DNA of 64,000 nucleotides from the human T2T-CHM13v2.0 reference genome, Homo sapiens. Location of the stretch: assembly GCF_009914755.1 (NCBI RefSeq), contig NC_060932.1. One strand, 5' to 3'. Positions 1 to 13,886 of the stretch are shown piece after piece; the first letter of the stretch is position 1, and each line of letters opens with the position of its first letter. The translations under genes and the position numbers were made by a program. Under the pieces are notes generated by a model. The model was not told the DNA's origin. It saw only the letters and a program-made list of their open reading frames with translations, and did no database searches.

Positions 1-728
<728 letters not shown>

Positions 729-1074
729 TGCCTTTTTTTTTTTTTTTTTTTTTTGGCTAAACAGTGTGCATGAACATTTCTTGAATCTTGATTACAAAAT
801 TACAAGTTAAACTTTGTGTAAACAAAATTTTCTTTTAACATGTATTAAGTTTGAATATAGGAAAATTGTGCTTGACATTTTTCTTAAATTGTGTGCTCCA
901 GGTTATGCTGATCCGATTTGTAATCAGATAGAATTGAGAGAAGTGACCTATGTTACCTTACAGTTGCCTGTATACGTCCTGAATAGTAAATGTAGAAAAG
1001 CTTTGCTGTGGGGAAAGAAAAGAGCCACTGTCCAAAATCATGGATGAATTCTCTCCTGCAATTAAGAAAGTGAT

Positions 1075-1840
1075 GGGCCATCGGAGAAATGCAAATCAAA
1101 ACCACAGTGAGATACCATCTCACACCAGTTAGAATGGCTATCATTAAAACGTCAGGAAACAATAGATGCTGGAGAGGATGTGGAGAAATAGGAACACTTT
1201 TACACTGTTGGTGGGACTGTAAACTAGTTCAACCATTGTGGAAGACAGTGTGGTGATTCCTCAAAGATCTAGAACTAGAAATTCCATGTGACCCAGCCAT
1301 CCCATTACTGGGTCACCAAAAGGATTATAAATCATGTCGCTTTAAAGACACATGCACACGTATATTTATCGCGGCACTATTCACAATAGCAAACACTTGG
1401 AACCAACCGAAATGTCCAACAATGATAGACTGGATTAAGAAAATGTGGCATATATACACCATGGAATACTATGCAGCCATAAAAAAACGATGAGTTCATG
1501 TCCTTTCTAGGGACATGGATGAAGCTGGAAACCATCATTCTGAGCAAACTATCGCAAGGACAGAAAACCAAACACTGCATGTTCTCACTCATAGGTGGGA
1601 ATTGAACAATGAGAACACGTGGACACAGGAAGGGGAACATCACACACCGGGGCCTGTCGTGGGGTTGGGGGAGTGGGGAGGGATAGCATTAGGAGATATA
1701 CCTAATGTAAATGACGAGTTAATGGGTGCAGCACAGCAAGATGGCACATGGATACATATGTAACAAACCTGCACGTTGCGCACATGTACCCTAGAACTTA
1801 AAAGTATAATTTAAAAATAAATAAATAAATAAATAAATAA
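1075..1840 (+). mobile_element. L1PA 3' end, 5'-truncated, (AAAT)n tail
   Basis: L1 ORF2 end/3'UTR motifs (gagaaatgcaaatcaaaaccac, ggacatggatgaagctggaaacc, gtaccctagaactta). Confidence 0.95.
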
Positions 1841-2108
1841 AGGGCGAGCCAAGGAAACTTCCCACCCGTCTGGCCCTGAGCAGTGACTTCAACCTCTGTG
1901 CTATTTCACCTGCAATCTTCTCCTGCGAATGGCATTTTCTCCCGTTTTGTTGTTTTTGTTTCCTGATGGTAATTTATTTTTCTTTTAGACAAACTACAAG
2001 AAAAAAATAACTTCTCTGACCTTTAGTGCCTGTTTTGACTGCTCAGTTGGATTTTTAAAATGCTTCTAGTCATCTTTCTACTGATAATTGTTATTTGTGG
2101 CAACCTCA

Positions 2109-2547
2109 TGGAAGAAGCTAAGGCACAAAATATAATTTTAAAGCGTTTACTTGAGCCAAGATGAGGACAGCTGCCTGAAAGACTCAGACCCAAGTAACTT
2201 TGGATATGAGCTTCATTCAACCTTTCTTACAAGCAGGTTTTTAAAGGTAACAAGGCAGACAAGTTGTCAGGAATTCCCATTGGTTAACAGAAATGACAAT
2301 GATTAGTAATTAGCTATATATTTTTGAACTATAGGATATTAGTTATGGTGTCCAGTGCATGGCATTGTTAGGTTAATTTACAGCTACTTGTGGCGACAGT
2401 CAGTCTAGAGCAAGCAGATTCAAGAGATGATTAGCTTAGCTCCAGGGGAGAAGTGGGGCCTGACTGCTGCCTCATTCCCTTGCCTCTCTGGGCCTGATCA
2501 TTTACAGGAGGCTTGCATTCCTCGGATAAAGTTTCTTTTCTTTCTCA
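2109..2547 (-). mobile_element. ERV1 (MER4-group-like) solo LTR
   Basis: TG...CA bounded; minus strand starts TGAGAAAGAAAAGAAACTTTATCCGAGGAATGC; subfamily uncertain. Confidence 0.65.
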
Positions 2548-3049
2548 TTTGCTTATTCTGTTTCCTTTTCTTCTTTCACATTAAATGGGAAGAAGAAAGT
2601 ACAAATTCCAGTTCAACAGGTATGTGCAGTCTTATGCCGAAACTAGGACGCCATTTTCCTGGATTATCCATGAAAACATTTTTTCATGGTCTCCAAGGCG
2701 GATTCCCTGTTCTGGTCTCAGCTGGATCCTTCAAATAAATTGGATGAAACCAATCTTTGCCATCTCTTTCTCGCGTTACTTATACCTTGACTTGACTCCT
2801 ATTCCAAACATAACCAGTTTCATCACCAGTACAGAAGGTGACACCATCGGAGCAGGAAAGAGAAATAAGAGCTGCAAAGCCTGTGTTGTGAAAATACTAG
2901 GCTCATTCTTTGTCCAAACACCTGAAAAGACTGTGTATTCTGCCATTTGCCAAAGTACATTGTCATATCACATCAAAGAACCCCAGCCCAGGAGGGGACA
3001 TTGAGGTGTCTGACACGACTTCCTGTCTGATGTATGGGTACCCTCTACA

Positions 3050-3290
3050 AACATCACCAGTAAACGAGCTGCCCTCTTCCTCTGCCGATCCAGAGACAAA
3101 GAGTTGTGCCTCTTGCAAAAGCTCTGCTTTTATGCAGTTCAAACTTTAGAAATCTCTTCCTCTAGTTGAGTCTAAATGTTCTTCCCCGTAACTTGCATTC
3201 ACTGGTCCAAGTCTGCCCTCTGGAGCATCTCAGAATAAGTCTCCTTCCTCTTCCATCTCACAAGTTCTTCCTAAATTTTTCGGATGAATT
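3050..3290. mobile_element. CR1/L3 LINE remnant
   Basis: Similar to L3 consensus (ctggtcc...tctgccctctggagc...cagaataagtct...cctcttccat). Confidence 0.5.
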
Positions 3291-3436
3291 AAATAGAAGC
3301 TTCTACCAACTATTAACTCCATACCCAGCCTTTTGAAATGCAGCTTGGAAAATGGGAAATTTTCCTACTGAACCTTTAGATCATAAATGGATGCAATAAA
3401 GAAAGCACCAAATTCCTTCTTTATTTTACAACTCTA

Positions 3437-4201
3437 CAAATCTCTAGGGATGACATGAGCACAGGTGAGTGCACAAGTACACACAATGCACACACACACA
3501 CACACACACAGAGTGACCCTATTTCTCCATTTTTCCTAGAGCTGACTTTCACACAAACCCAAGATTACCATTACAATAGGTAGATATAATCAAGACACTT
3601 AGCCAGGGAGCCAACATTTGCCTTCACCTAACAAACAGAATGTAAATACAATAGGTAATTTATTTTTGACATAGACATAAAATAGCTTTTTACAATGGAA
3701 TGATTTTCACTCCAGATCTAAGCAAAAATGCATTTTCTTTTAAGAATCGTGGGTGATCTCAGTGATTATCTGACTCAATGCTCTCTCTTTTTAGATAAGT
3801 AATTTAAGGCCCAGAGGTCTTGATTAAGATCAGTGTCACAGAACTCGGGTTATTTGAACTCTGAGAGGAAGGCTGAAGAAGATTAGTATTGTCTTGCTTG
3901 CTCTCAGAAGATAAGAGCTGTGCTTTGACAATTGCAAATAGTTTTCGAACAAAATTTTCTTATGGCACAGCTTTCTGAAACTATTTTACAATGCGTTAAC
4001 TTCTAGTAACATACATTAGGATCTAATCTTAAGTATTAATTTATTTGAAAATATCTCAAAACTTGTATCCCCCAAAAAGTTCAAAATATATCTCCAGAGA
4101 AAAATAAAAACCAACTATCTCAAAATTCACCCTTTGTTTTCCCCAGAATCAAATCTCTAGGGATGACACGAGCACAGGTGAGTGCACAAGTGCACATAAT
4201 G

Positions 4202-4233
<32 letters not shown>

Positions 4234-4413
4234 GACCCTATTTCTCCATTTTTCCTAGAGCTGACTGTCATACAAACCCAAGATTACCATTACTAATAGG
4301 TAGATCTCATCAAGACACTTAGCCAGGGAGCCAACATTTGCCTTCACCTAAAAAACAGGATGTAAATACAATAGGTAATTTATTTTTGACATAGACATAA
4401 AATAGCTTTTTAC
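3437..4413. repeat. Non-adjacent direct duplication (3437-3693 and 4150-4413), each with (CA)n
   Basis: Two ~260-bp copies with about 9 substitutions and 1 indel besides CA length; ~456-bp unique spacer. Confidence 0.95.
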
Positions 4414-4671
4414 GGTGAGAATGATGAGGTCATTGTGACTTCTACACTTGAAACAATTGGACTTTCTCGTACTTTTGCACTTGAGAATTTAAAATAATAA
4501 TAAAGAGAACGAAAGAGTACTATGTTGGTACTGCTCCTCACATATTTCATTGGTAAGAGCAGTGATGAAATAGCAATAAAATTTATGAGACAAGAGTTGT
4601 GGCTATAAATAGGGATATGCTTTGCTCGCAAACTGCATAGAATCCCCTTCCCTTTAAAAAATATATAGAAG

Positions 4672-4968
4672 AGGCCAGGTGTGGTGGCTCATGCCTGTAA
4701 TCCCAGCGCTTTGGGGGGCCAAAGTGGGTGGATCACCTGAGGTCAGGAGTTTGAAACCAGCCTGACCAACATGGTGAAACCCTGTCTCTACTAAAAATAC
4801 AAAAAAATTAACCAGGCCTGGTGGCACGCGCCTGTAATTCCAGCTACTTGGGAGGCTGAGGAAGGAGAATCACTCGAACCTGGGAGTCAGAGATTACAGT
4901 GAGCTGAGATTGCACCACTGCACTCCAGCCTGAGGGACAGAGCAAGTCTGCCTCTCTCAAAAAAAAAA

Positions 4969-5002
<34 letters not shown>
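4672..5002 (+). mobile_element. AluS with (TA)n after tail
   Basis: Full Alu dimer; (TA)n ~4970-5002. Confidence 0.93.
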
Positions 5003-5006
<4 letters not shown>

Positions 5007-6239
5007 ATAAAATTCCATCACCTAGAGAAAATCACTAGTCACATTTTTGTATGGTTGTCCAGCATTTTCCCCTACATATATGTAAATATACTATATAATG
5101 TTAAAATATTGGGGTGAAACTGCTTTTTATTTAACACTGCATTGTATCTCCAGGTCATTAAATTGTCTTCAGGATCATGGCTCTGCATTTTTTAACATGT
5201 AGTTGCTCCCTTATTTATATAACACATTCTCTGTTGGTGAAATTTATTGTATTTTTTTGCAGTTTTTCTTTTCCTACCATGACAAATAAGCTCATCTTTT
5301 CCAGTCCTTGTTCATTCAAAGCTGGAAACAAACAACACACACACCCAAATCAGACCTGAGATTCTATGCACAAAAGTGCTTCTTGAAACAAATTATCTAA
5401 TAGTATTGTAAAAAGAAAAAAAAAGAGATAAAATAAGCCAAGTGATATGTGTCACTCAGTGTTCCAGCGAAAAGCTGACTCCAAAAATTACGTGATCATA
5501 ATAGCAGAATGATGAAAGAGTGACAGACAAAAGGTAAGAGCGTGAGGATGAAGAGGTAATACTCAAACAGCTTTGGAAATGGAGAGGAAGCTGGCGAATG
5601 ACACAAAGGACAGCTGGAGGATGAACCAGTTTCCCAAGGGGCAAAAGAAACAATGTTGTTTGACATCTTCAGCAAACATTCCAAACTGTAGGGAAGAGGG
5701 ATGATGGGTTTGTGTTGGTGATAACAGCAAAGTATTAAAGCATGCCTAAAAACTTTCACCATAAAGCAACAATTATTCTTGGTAATGCTACCAGGATAAC
5801 AAGTTTCTACATGTTGTCATGCTGGCAAAGAAAATAGGGTGTATTTAGAGATTAGATGCCCCATGGACATGTGGTCATGGAAACAAAAGCAAACAGCTAA
5901 CGTGGCTATGTGTTGAGGTCAGTATTTGAGGGAACATCCGGTGTGTGTTTTATTCAGTATTGTGTAGTACAGAAAAGATCACACATGTATATGTCAGAAG
6001 TAGATGCACATGTTCTTTTGGCTTTTTTTCTTTGTTTTATTCTTTTTTCATTTTTTGTGTTTTTTGTTAGTTTGTTTTGAATTTTTTTTCTTGATGCATA
6101 TGTTCCTTCAACTTATTCAGTACTTCCATGTGCAGGGCTCTGGACTAGACTTTCAGGATCTAAGGCTGAATCCTACACAGTCCTCCCTCTGGGAAAGTGA
6201 TGAAACCTGTGAGCTCTCCTAGCAACTCTGCAGTCTTCC

Positions 6240-7040
6240 TTCAAGGTATGTGTTGCAATTTGGGGTTGCACATTTTAGTTGTGATATTTGTGATTAGTTG
6301 ATTAATGTTTGTCATCCCACGAGACTATAAGTGCCATGAGGGTAGATATCTTATCTGTTTTGCTCCCCATTGCTTTTCTCACAGACTGCTCAGCAATGAA
6401 TCTTTGTTGAATAAAATAATACTTTATACAAAGGTTAGTGATAAATGTAAGAAGCATCTAGATCAAGAACTGATACATTCTTAGGACAGAAAGATTAATC
6501 TAGACAATAGCTTTTTGTCTGGAATTATCTTTTATGGAAGAGACGGCCTTGGCAATCAGAAGAGCAGATTAAGCAATTAGTGTAATCATCTAGGTGGGAA
6601 GTAATGGGACATAAAGAACTAGAATAGAAACAATAAGAAGGGAGCAGAGTTGATAAATAAAAGCAGTACAGATACAAAATTGTCAGACGGTGGTCACCCA
6701 TGGGCTATGAAGGGCAAGAAGAAGCAGAGTCTAAGAATGTGCCAGGTGACTGGGAGGACGGAGATTGTAGAAGAAAGAAAAGGGCAGCTGCTTTAGGTGC
6801 ACGGAGGGCGAAGGACCTCAGGTTCGAATGTGTTGATGTCACCCTGGTGGAGATGTCAAGCAAGATGAGAACATGGGATCTGCAGGTTTATGAGAAGACC
6901 AATTCAGAGAAACAGAATTTTGAGAAATCTACACAGCGTTTTTCCTTGCAGTTAGAAAGGTGGATGAGGTTGTCTAGGGAGATTATATAGAGAGAAAAGC
7001 AGAGGACCAAGGACAGGTGCTTGAGAAATGATGAGACTTG
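6240..7040. mobile_element. L2 remnants
   Basis: Degenerate L2-like text (gactataagtgccatgagggtag; ggagatgtcaag...gcagaggaccaaggacag). Confidence 0.5.
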
Positions 7041-8324
7041 GCAGGACTACTTTTTTAAAAGTTCAGGAAGAAAGAGAAGAAGTGGCATTTCTCTTTTTGG
7101 TGCATAAAACCCTATAAGAGAAGAAACCATCCTATTCCCAATGCCAGGAAGTTCCCTATGTACCTTGAGAAGGTCTTCCAGGTTTCAGAGGTGTGGAAGA
7201 TATCAGTTCCTTGGATAAAGGCAGCAGCTACACACTTTCTAGCAGCAAAATGGCTGAAGAACTGAAGGGTTTAGGATTTAGGAGATGGCTACTGGGACTC
7301 CAGCCCGTGAACATCCCAAAATGACAAAGACAGCTCTTGGTTAGCATGTCTGTCTCTAAATTGTGCTGACTAATAAACAGCTGTGAGCTCTTTGATTCTC
7401 AGTCCATTCTGACTGGGTCACTGTGGGGAATCCTTTAAAACCAATGAGGCCATAAAGCTTGAGCTTTGCCTATCCCTGTTGTTGGAATATTTTGTCTCCA
7501 GTCTCCTAAAGATCAGTCTGAGAGACTGGAACACACCTCACAATTTCTTCCTGCAATCTGAAGTTAAGCTCACCCGGGTCTACCATTCAGCCTGGTGATG
7601 ATTCCACTTCCTTATGCATCAAGATGTTATCATGCTAAAGTAGCTAAAACCACTAAAAAAATATGGGATGACTTGGAAAGGTGGAGAAAAGAGGGTAAAA
7701 ATACAGTAATTTTTTTGGTAAGTCTCCATTAAGCTAATAATAGGTAAGCACCCTCAATGGCTAAGAGCCAGTACCTTAGACCACGTCCTTGAATAAAATA
7801 GATGGTCAAGGCTGAAGTGAATGAAATGGTGACATAAGCATCATGCAGCACATTTTGAGGCTTATGGCAACACATGCATATTAATGCAAATATGTGCATT
7901 GAGTTCTAAGTGCTAAGGACTGTGATAGCCAATGAGGATAAGTAAAATAATGGTCAAAAGCTCTAGGAAAAGAACTTACGTGAAATCCTTACTTAAATGC
8001 CATAACTTAAGAGACTTCAGGTGTGCAGTATTTATTACATAAGCTGGAGAAATTTCATGCTTTGCTAGGCAACAGCCTTGTAGTCCACAGGACATGCTAG
8101 ATAGCTCCTTTGGTTGATTGAATTGGTCACATTTGGAAAGTGTGCAGCCTATGTATAAGGAAGCATTGGGGCTGCCTTGCTCAGAAACAGGCAGTGAGTA
8201 AGGCAGGCATTCAAGGAATCATGGCCGGCCATCTGTAGCCTTAAGAGGTGTGTGCCAGACCCAGGGAGTTGACTAATAAAGAAACTGAGTTAACTGAGAA
8301 AGGTCATAATAATATTATATAGTA

Positions 8325-8686
8325 CTGTTGCTCCTTGACTTACGATGGGGGTTACATCCTAATAAACCCATTGTAAATGGAAAGTGTTGTAAAATGCATT
8401 TAACACACCTAACCTACTGAACATGATAGCTTGGTTTAGCTTAGCCTTAAAATGTGCTCAGAACACTTACATTAACCTGCAATTGGGCAAAACCATCTAA
8501 GACAAAGCCTATTTTATAATAAAGTGTTGAATATCTCATGTAATTTATTGAATCCTGTAGTAAAAATGAAAGACAATGGTTGTATGAGTACTAGAAGTAT
8601 AACTTCTTGTGAATATGCATTGCTTTCAAATCATCATAAAGTTGAAAAATTGTAAATGAACCATCGTAATTCAAGGAACATCTGTA
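8325..8686. mobile_element. Tigger3/MER7 (TcMar-Tigger) non-autonomous DNA transposon
   Basis: gacttacgatggggttacatcc...aacctactgaacat...catcgtaa...catctgta; TIR-like ends. Confidence 0.85.
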
Positions 8687-8885
8687 TATATAATATATAT
8701 AATATATTCTGTTATATATAAATATATGTATGTATATAACACATAATACAATAATTTATATTATATAAATATATTAAAATATATAATACATGTGAATATA
8801 TATTCATATTGCATATATATTTACATTGCATATGAATATATAATATATAAGTATATAAATTATATGCATGATATAATAATAAAAT
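8686..8885. repeat. AT-rich low-complexity (TA-type) tract
   Basis: Degenerate TATA/ATAT runs. Confidence 0.85.
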
Positions 8886-8957
8886 GTAATGATAAAGAAA
8901 CTTAGTTAACTAAGCAACACACAGTGAAGTTAAGTGTAACATTAGAAAAAAACAGAA

Positions 8958-9282
<325 letters not shown>

Positions 9283-10132
9283 TCATAGTTGTCTAATTTC
9301 TGTTGAGACTATGGCCAACACACTTTATAATTCTTCCTCAGAGAAAACGTATTGTTTCTACATAGACTCTACTTATTAATAACAATCTTATGTGTGGCAT
9401 CACTGGCCTGTTTGTATTGTTTTCTTTTTCTTTTCTTTCTTTCTTTTTTTATATACAAAAATCTCCATTCTAAGAACTCAAGTTAGGAAATGCCATAGGA
9501 TTGGTTATGACTACCGAGAGTAAAAATCCACTGAAATTTTAAAAAACTGAAAAACGTTAAACCTCACAAATAATGAGAAAATAATGCAATAAACCCCCAT
9601 GTGTACACCCAGCATCAGCAACTGTCAATATTTTGACAGTCATTTTTTATCCTTTCCTCCTTTTTGCTGAGATGTGAAAGTGAAATTCTCTGGTACAAAA
9701 ATAACATAAATGGCTTAAAAGTCTAGCTATGTTTCTCTGGTGTACAAATTTTCTTTACAGTACATTTTTCTTTCCTTTCCCACAACCATTACCCAAATTC
9801 TACTGGTGGTCACTGAAATGCCGCTTATGATGGCCTCAACTAGAAAAATCTCTTTATTTTTCTACCTGCCTCCAAACAAGAAAGAAGTTGGTAACTCATG
9901 TCATAGTTCACAAGTCTCTAGGGATTCTACATGTCTGCTTCAAGCCGTCAGTGAACTTTCAGAAAACAAATGCAAATATTTTACATTTGTTTATTATATA
10001 AGGGGGTTTCAAAGCTTCTATCAACATTTTCATAGGGGCCTATTACCTACAAAAGGTTAAGAATCTCTGCCTCTGTTATGTCTTGAAAGCATATCAAATA
10101 TACTTTCTCACTTCCACTCCCTAGTTAATTCT

Positions 10133-10432
<300 letters not shown>

Positions 10433-11021
10433 CTTAGCCAATTTTTTATATCTAAATCAGACATTGGACACCACTTCCAGGATGCCTTCCCTGACAATGT
10501 CACCTATAACTGATTTCCCTTATGTTTTCCTACAAAAGTTAAGGTAGGTTACTTTCCTGTTTATCACAGTCTTTCAATCACTGGACGAGTATTTATCAGG
10601 TCCTACTATTTGCCAGGCACTATCCTATACTTTAGGTATGCTTTGTCTCGTAATGCACTGTTAGAAGAGGACAAGGAACATCACAGTATCCAATACGTCT
10701 TCTGTGTCCGAAGACATATTGTAGTTGTAGCTCCAGTGAATGGAAGCAAGGATGAGCTGCTGCATTTCTGTAGCTGGCATTCAGCTCAAGAATACGTAAA
10801 ACCAGACTCGTGGTTTTTTCTTTCTTTCTTTCTTTCTTTCTTTTTGAATGTGAGGCCTTTACAGAAAAAGAAAATGTCAGTCTGATTATCCAGGGCATGA
10901 GGATAAAGAGAAGCCCAAACAAAGGTTTCCCCCACTCCACCCCACCCAATATACTGTGGCACTAGAAAACGATTCCAGAATCAGAAACTATATGCTGACG
11001 TCCATTAGCCCTCTTAGTAGC

Positions 11022-11134
11022 ACCTGAAATAGACCAGCGTCTATGTGAGACCTGTAGTTGGGTCCTCACAAATAACCTGTTATAGACCAGCGTCTATGTG
11101 AGACCTGTAGTTGGGTCCCCATAAATAACCTGAA
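11022..11134. repeat. 53-bp tandem duplication upstream of CpG island
   Basis: Units 11022-11074 and 11075-11127, 4 mismatches, plus partial acctgaa. Confidence 0.95.
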
Positions 11135-11549
11135 CTGGAAACAACAGCTCGACATGAACTCTGCCCCCTACGCTGGGGATCAGGAGCACGAACCTCTATA
11201 CAAAGGGCGGCAGAGCGGTTACTAAATGTGCTCATTTTTCGTCACTAAGAACGTGCATTTTTAAAGTGCATAGATCCCTGATGATAACGGAGTTGTTTGA
11301 TAATAGGCGGTTGAAGATACTATTACGTTAGGGACCTGGAAGAAAGTAGTTAACGCTATTGTCACAGAAGCAATGGGGGGAGGAAAGGTTTGTGTCCAGT
11401 TTTGGGCAAAAACTTCTAAGTTCCACCCCGCCTTCTGATGGATGCTTTTTTGATGGGGCTCGTTTTGCAAAACTCAGCAGATTAGGCATGTTGTGTAGTG
11501 GAATGATTTGGAGCGTCTAAGCCGTGGCACCCTACTTAACCCCCCCATC

Positions 11550-12700
11550 TCCAGTTATCCCAATGAACCGACCCCGAGGGGGCATTTCCGCTGAAGTCCG
11601 GGGCTGTAAAAAATTAAGTGAGAAGAGCCGCGCTAAAGCCAAGCGTCGTCGTCACCCAAGGTACTGCGCTGATGCGCTGCGGGCCGACCAGGTGCTCCCG
11701 CCGGGGCGTCTTCTCCTACGCAGGAAGGGCCACGCCGAGAGAGGCAGGCAACAAGGGCACGGCTGGAGGCCGGAAGGTCACCCCGTCCCCGGCGGGGCGG
11801 GCGCGGCCCAGCCTCACTTCCCGGGCACGTTCGGGCGGGGCGATTGCAGGGAACGGGGCGGGGAGGCGACAGTCCCCGGCTCCGCCGCGCGCCAGTCCGC
11901 CTTCGCTGCCCGGAGGCGCCGCAGGCCTGGGTTCCCGGACAGCTGAGCCCGAGCGCCGCCTCCCGAAAGGTGAAGGCGGCCCGGGGAGGCGGGGACGGTG
12001 ACGGGGGCGGGGGCCGCGGGCGGTCTCCCGACGGCTGTCGCGGGGCCAGCCCAAAGCCCCCGATCCCCGGTAGCTGCGCTTCCCGCGCGGGGCGCCGGAG
12101 TAGGGCGGGCCAAGCTGGCCTGCGGCCGCGGCGGGAAGAAGGGCTAGCGAAGCACCCCCGACCGGGCCCAGGCGCCGGACGCCGGGGGGCGCCTCGCTGC
12201 AACTTCTCTTTGGAAGCCCCGACACGAGCCCCGGCCCGCGCGCGCGCTCCCCCACGGCCACGCGCGCACCCTGCCGCCCGCACCCCCGCGCGCCCTCCGT
12301 CTATTTTTTCCTCTTCCTTTCATCCTCACACTCTAAAATAGGTCAAGGGGTGGAAGTTACACCTGGTGCAGCCCTCGGCTCTGATGCAAAAGCAGCTTTT
12401 GCCCCTGGCTGCGGGACAGCGCTGTGACTACTCGCATCGGGAGAGCTGCTGCCAGTCGCCACACCGTGCAGAAAGCGCCGGCGACCGGAGCACTGACAAT
12501 GGTCTGCATAGGGGAGCGGAGAGAAGCTTCTGTTGCGCCCTAGATCCGCTGCCTCGGCGCCCGCCCGCAGGGAGGAGGGGGCGCGACAGGTCGTCTAGCG
12601 CGTGCCCCGGAGCCCGCGCCCGGGTCTGGCCGCCTGGGTGAGTTCCTGCTCGTCCCCTGCCTTTCCAGTAGCCCGGGGTGGCTGTTTACCTTGCAAACAG
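11550..12700. promoter_or_regulatory. CpG-island promoter (host gene possibly SGMS2; unverified)
   Basis: Very GC- and CpG-dense relative to the rest of the window; GC boxes (GGGGCGGGG ~11855, ~12004), GCGCGCGC ~12238. Gene guess is from remembered locus layout only. Confidence 0.93.
12310..12637 (+). other. Candidate first exon (5'UTR)
   Basis: Strong donor CTGG|GTGAGT at the island's 3' edge; pyrimidine-rich Inr-like tract ~12300-12335; start approximate. Confidence 0.65.
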
Positions 12701-12979
12701 CCTTGCAATACGATCAAAACAGGCGAGACAGCCATGCAGTAAGGGATTGCGGGATGTGCTTTGGGTGTGAGATTGGATAAATCAGAATTCAGAGATAAAG
12801 GACATGTCTAGTGCCTTAAGGGTTAAAGTGGATTCGTATTTTTTCATGGAGTGCACGTGTATCTTTCCCTGGGGAACTGATTTTTAATTAGTAAGAGGCA
12901 AAGAACTAAGATAACTTGAAGCCAGAAAGTTTTCAAAGCTCACGATGAAAATACAGTTTAAGAAGGAATGCCAAAATAG

Positions 12980-13315
<336 letters not shown>

Positions 13316-13611
13316 TGATTCTTTTTATAGTACTTGGGTTCTTTGTGATAAATGATGTGAGCCCACAATGCTCTATGTAGAAAGAAGATAAGGCTGTAAA
13401 CGTCTACTTGCAGAGCTTTATGTTAGGTGGTAGGCATGAATTTAAATGTACATTGAAAATTTAGTGTGTAGAAAGAGCTAAAATATATCTATATTGTTTT
13501 CAGGTTAAGATTATTGGTAATATTACAGCTAACCATTGGCATTTCACCCTGTTTCAGCAATTAAAATTGCTATTATTCATGTGACATCAGCAAATGGAAG
13601 CCTTTATCTTT

Positions 13612-13886
13612 CTATTTTTTATTATTTATTTGTTTGTTTGTTTATGTTTGAGATGGAGCCTCACTCTATCGCCTAGGCTGGGGTGCAGTGGTGCGATCTT
13701 GGCTCAATACAACCTCCCTCTCCCGAGTTCAACCGATTCTCCTGCCTCAGCCTCCCCAGTAGCTGGGATTACAGGTGCAAACCACCATGCCCAGCTAATT
13801 TTTTTGTGTTTTTAGTAGAGAGGGGGATTTCACCTTGTTGGCCAGGCTGGTCTTGAACTCCTGACCTCAAATGATCCACCCACCTT
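13612..13886 (-). mobile_element. AluS, 5'-truncated, TSD tggaagcctttatcttt
   Basis: TSD copies at ~13595 and ~13886. Confidence 0.92.

Noticed and set aside
2585-3004. 139-aa ORF in unique sequence
   Set aside because: No recognisable protein, no convincing exon boundaries; flanked by LTR and CR1 remnants.
4414-4610. Short protein-like frame (GENDEVIV...ENLK***) followed by an RBS-like ATG, suggesting a foreign insert
   Set aside because: Under 30 codons each, composition compatible with the flanks, no recognisable homology.
11161-11176. CTCF-like motif
   Set aside because: Only the AGGGGGCAG half matches; the 5' core is mismatched.
11524-12341. Long overlapping ORFs (99-216 aa) on both strands
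   Set aside because: Expected from stop-codon scarcity in a GC-rich island; Arg/Gly/Pro/Ala-rich with no recognisable domain.
11550-12700. Assigning gene symbol SGMS2
   Set aside because: No coding exon in the window; the guess rests on remembered locus layout only and needs a BLAT search.
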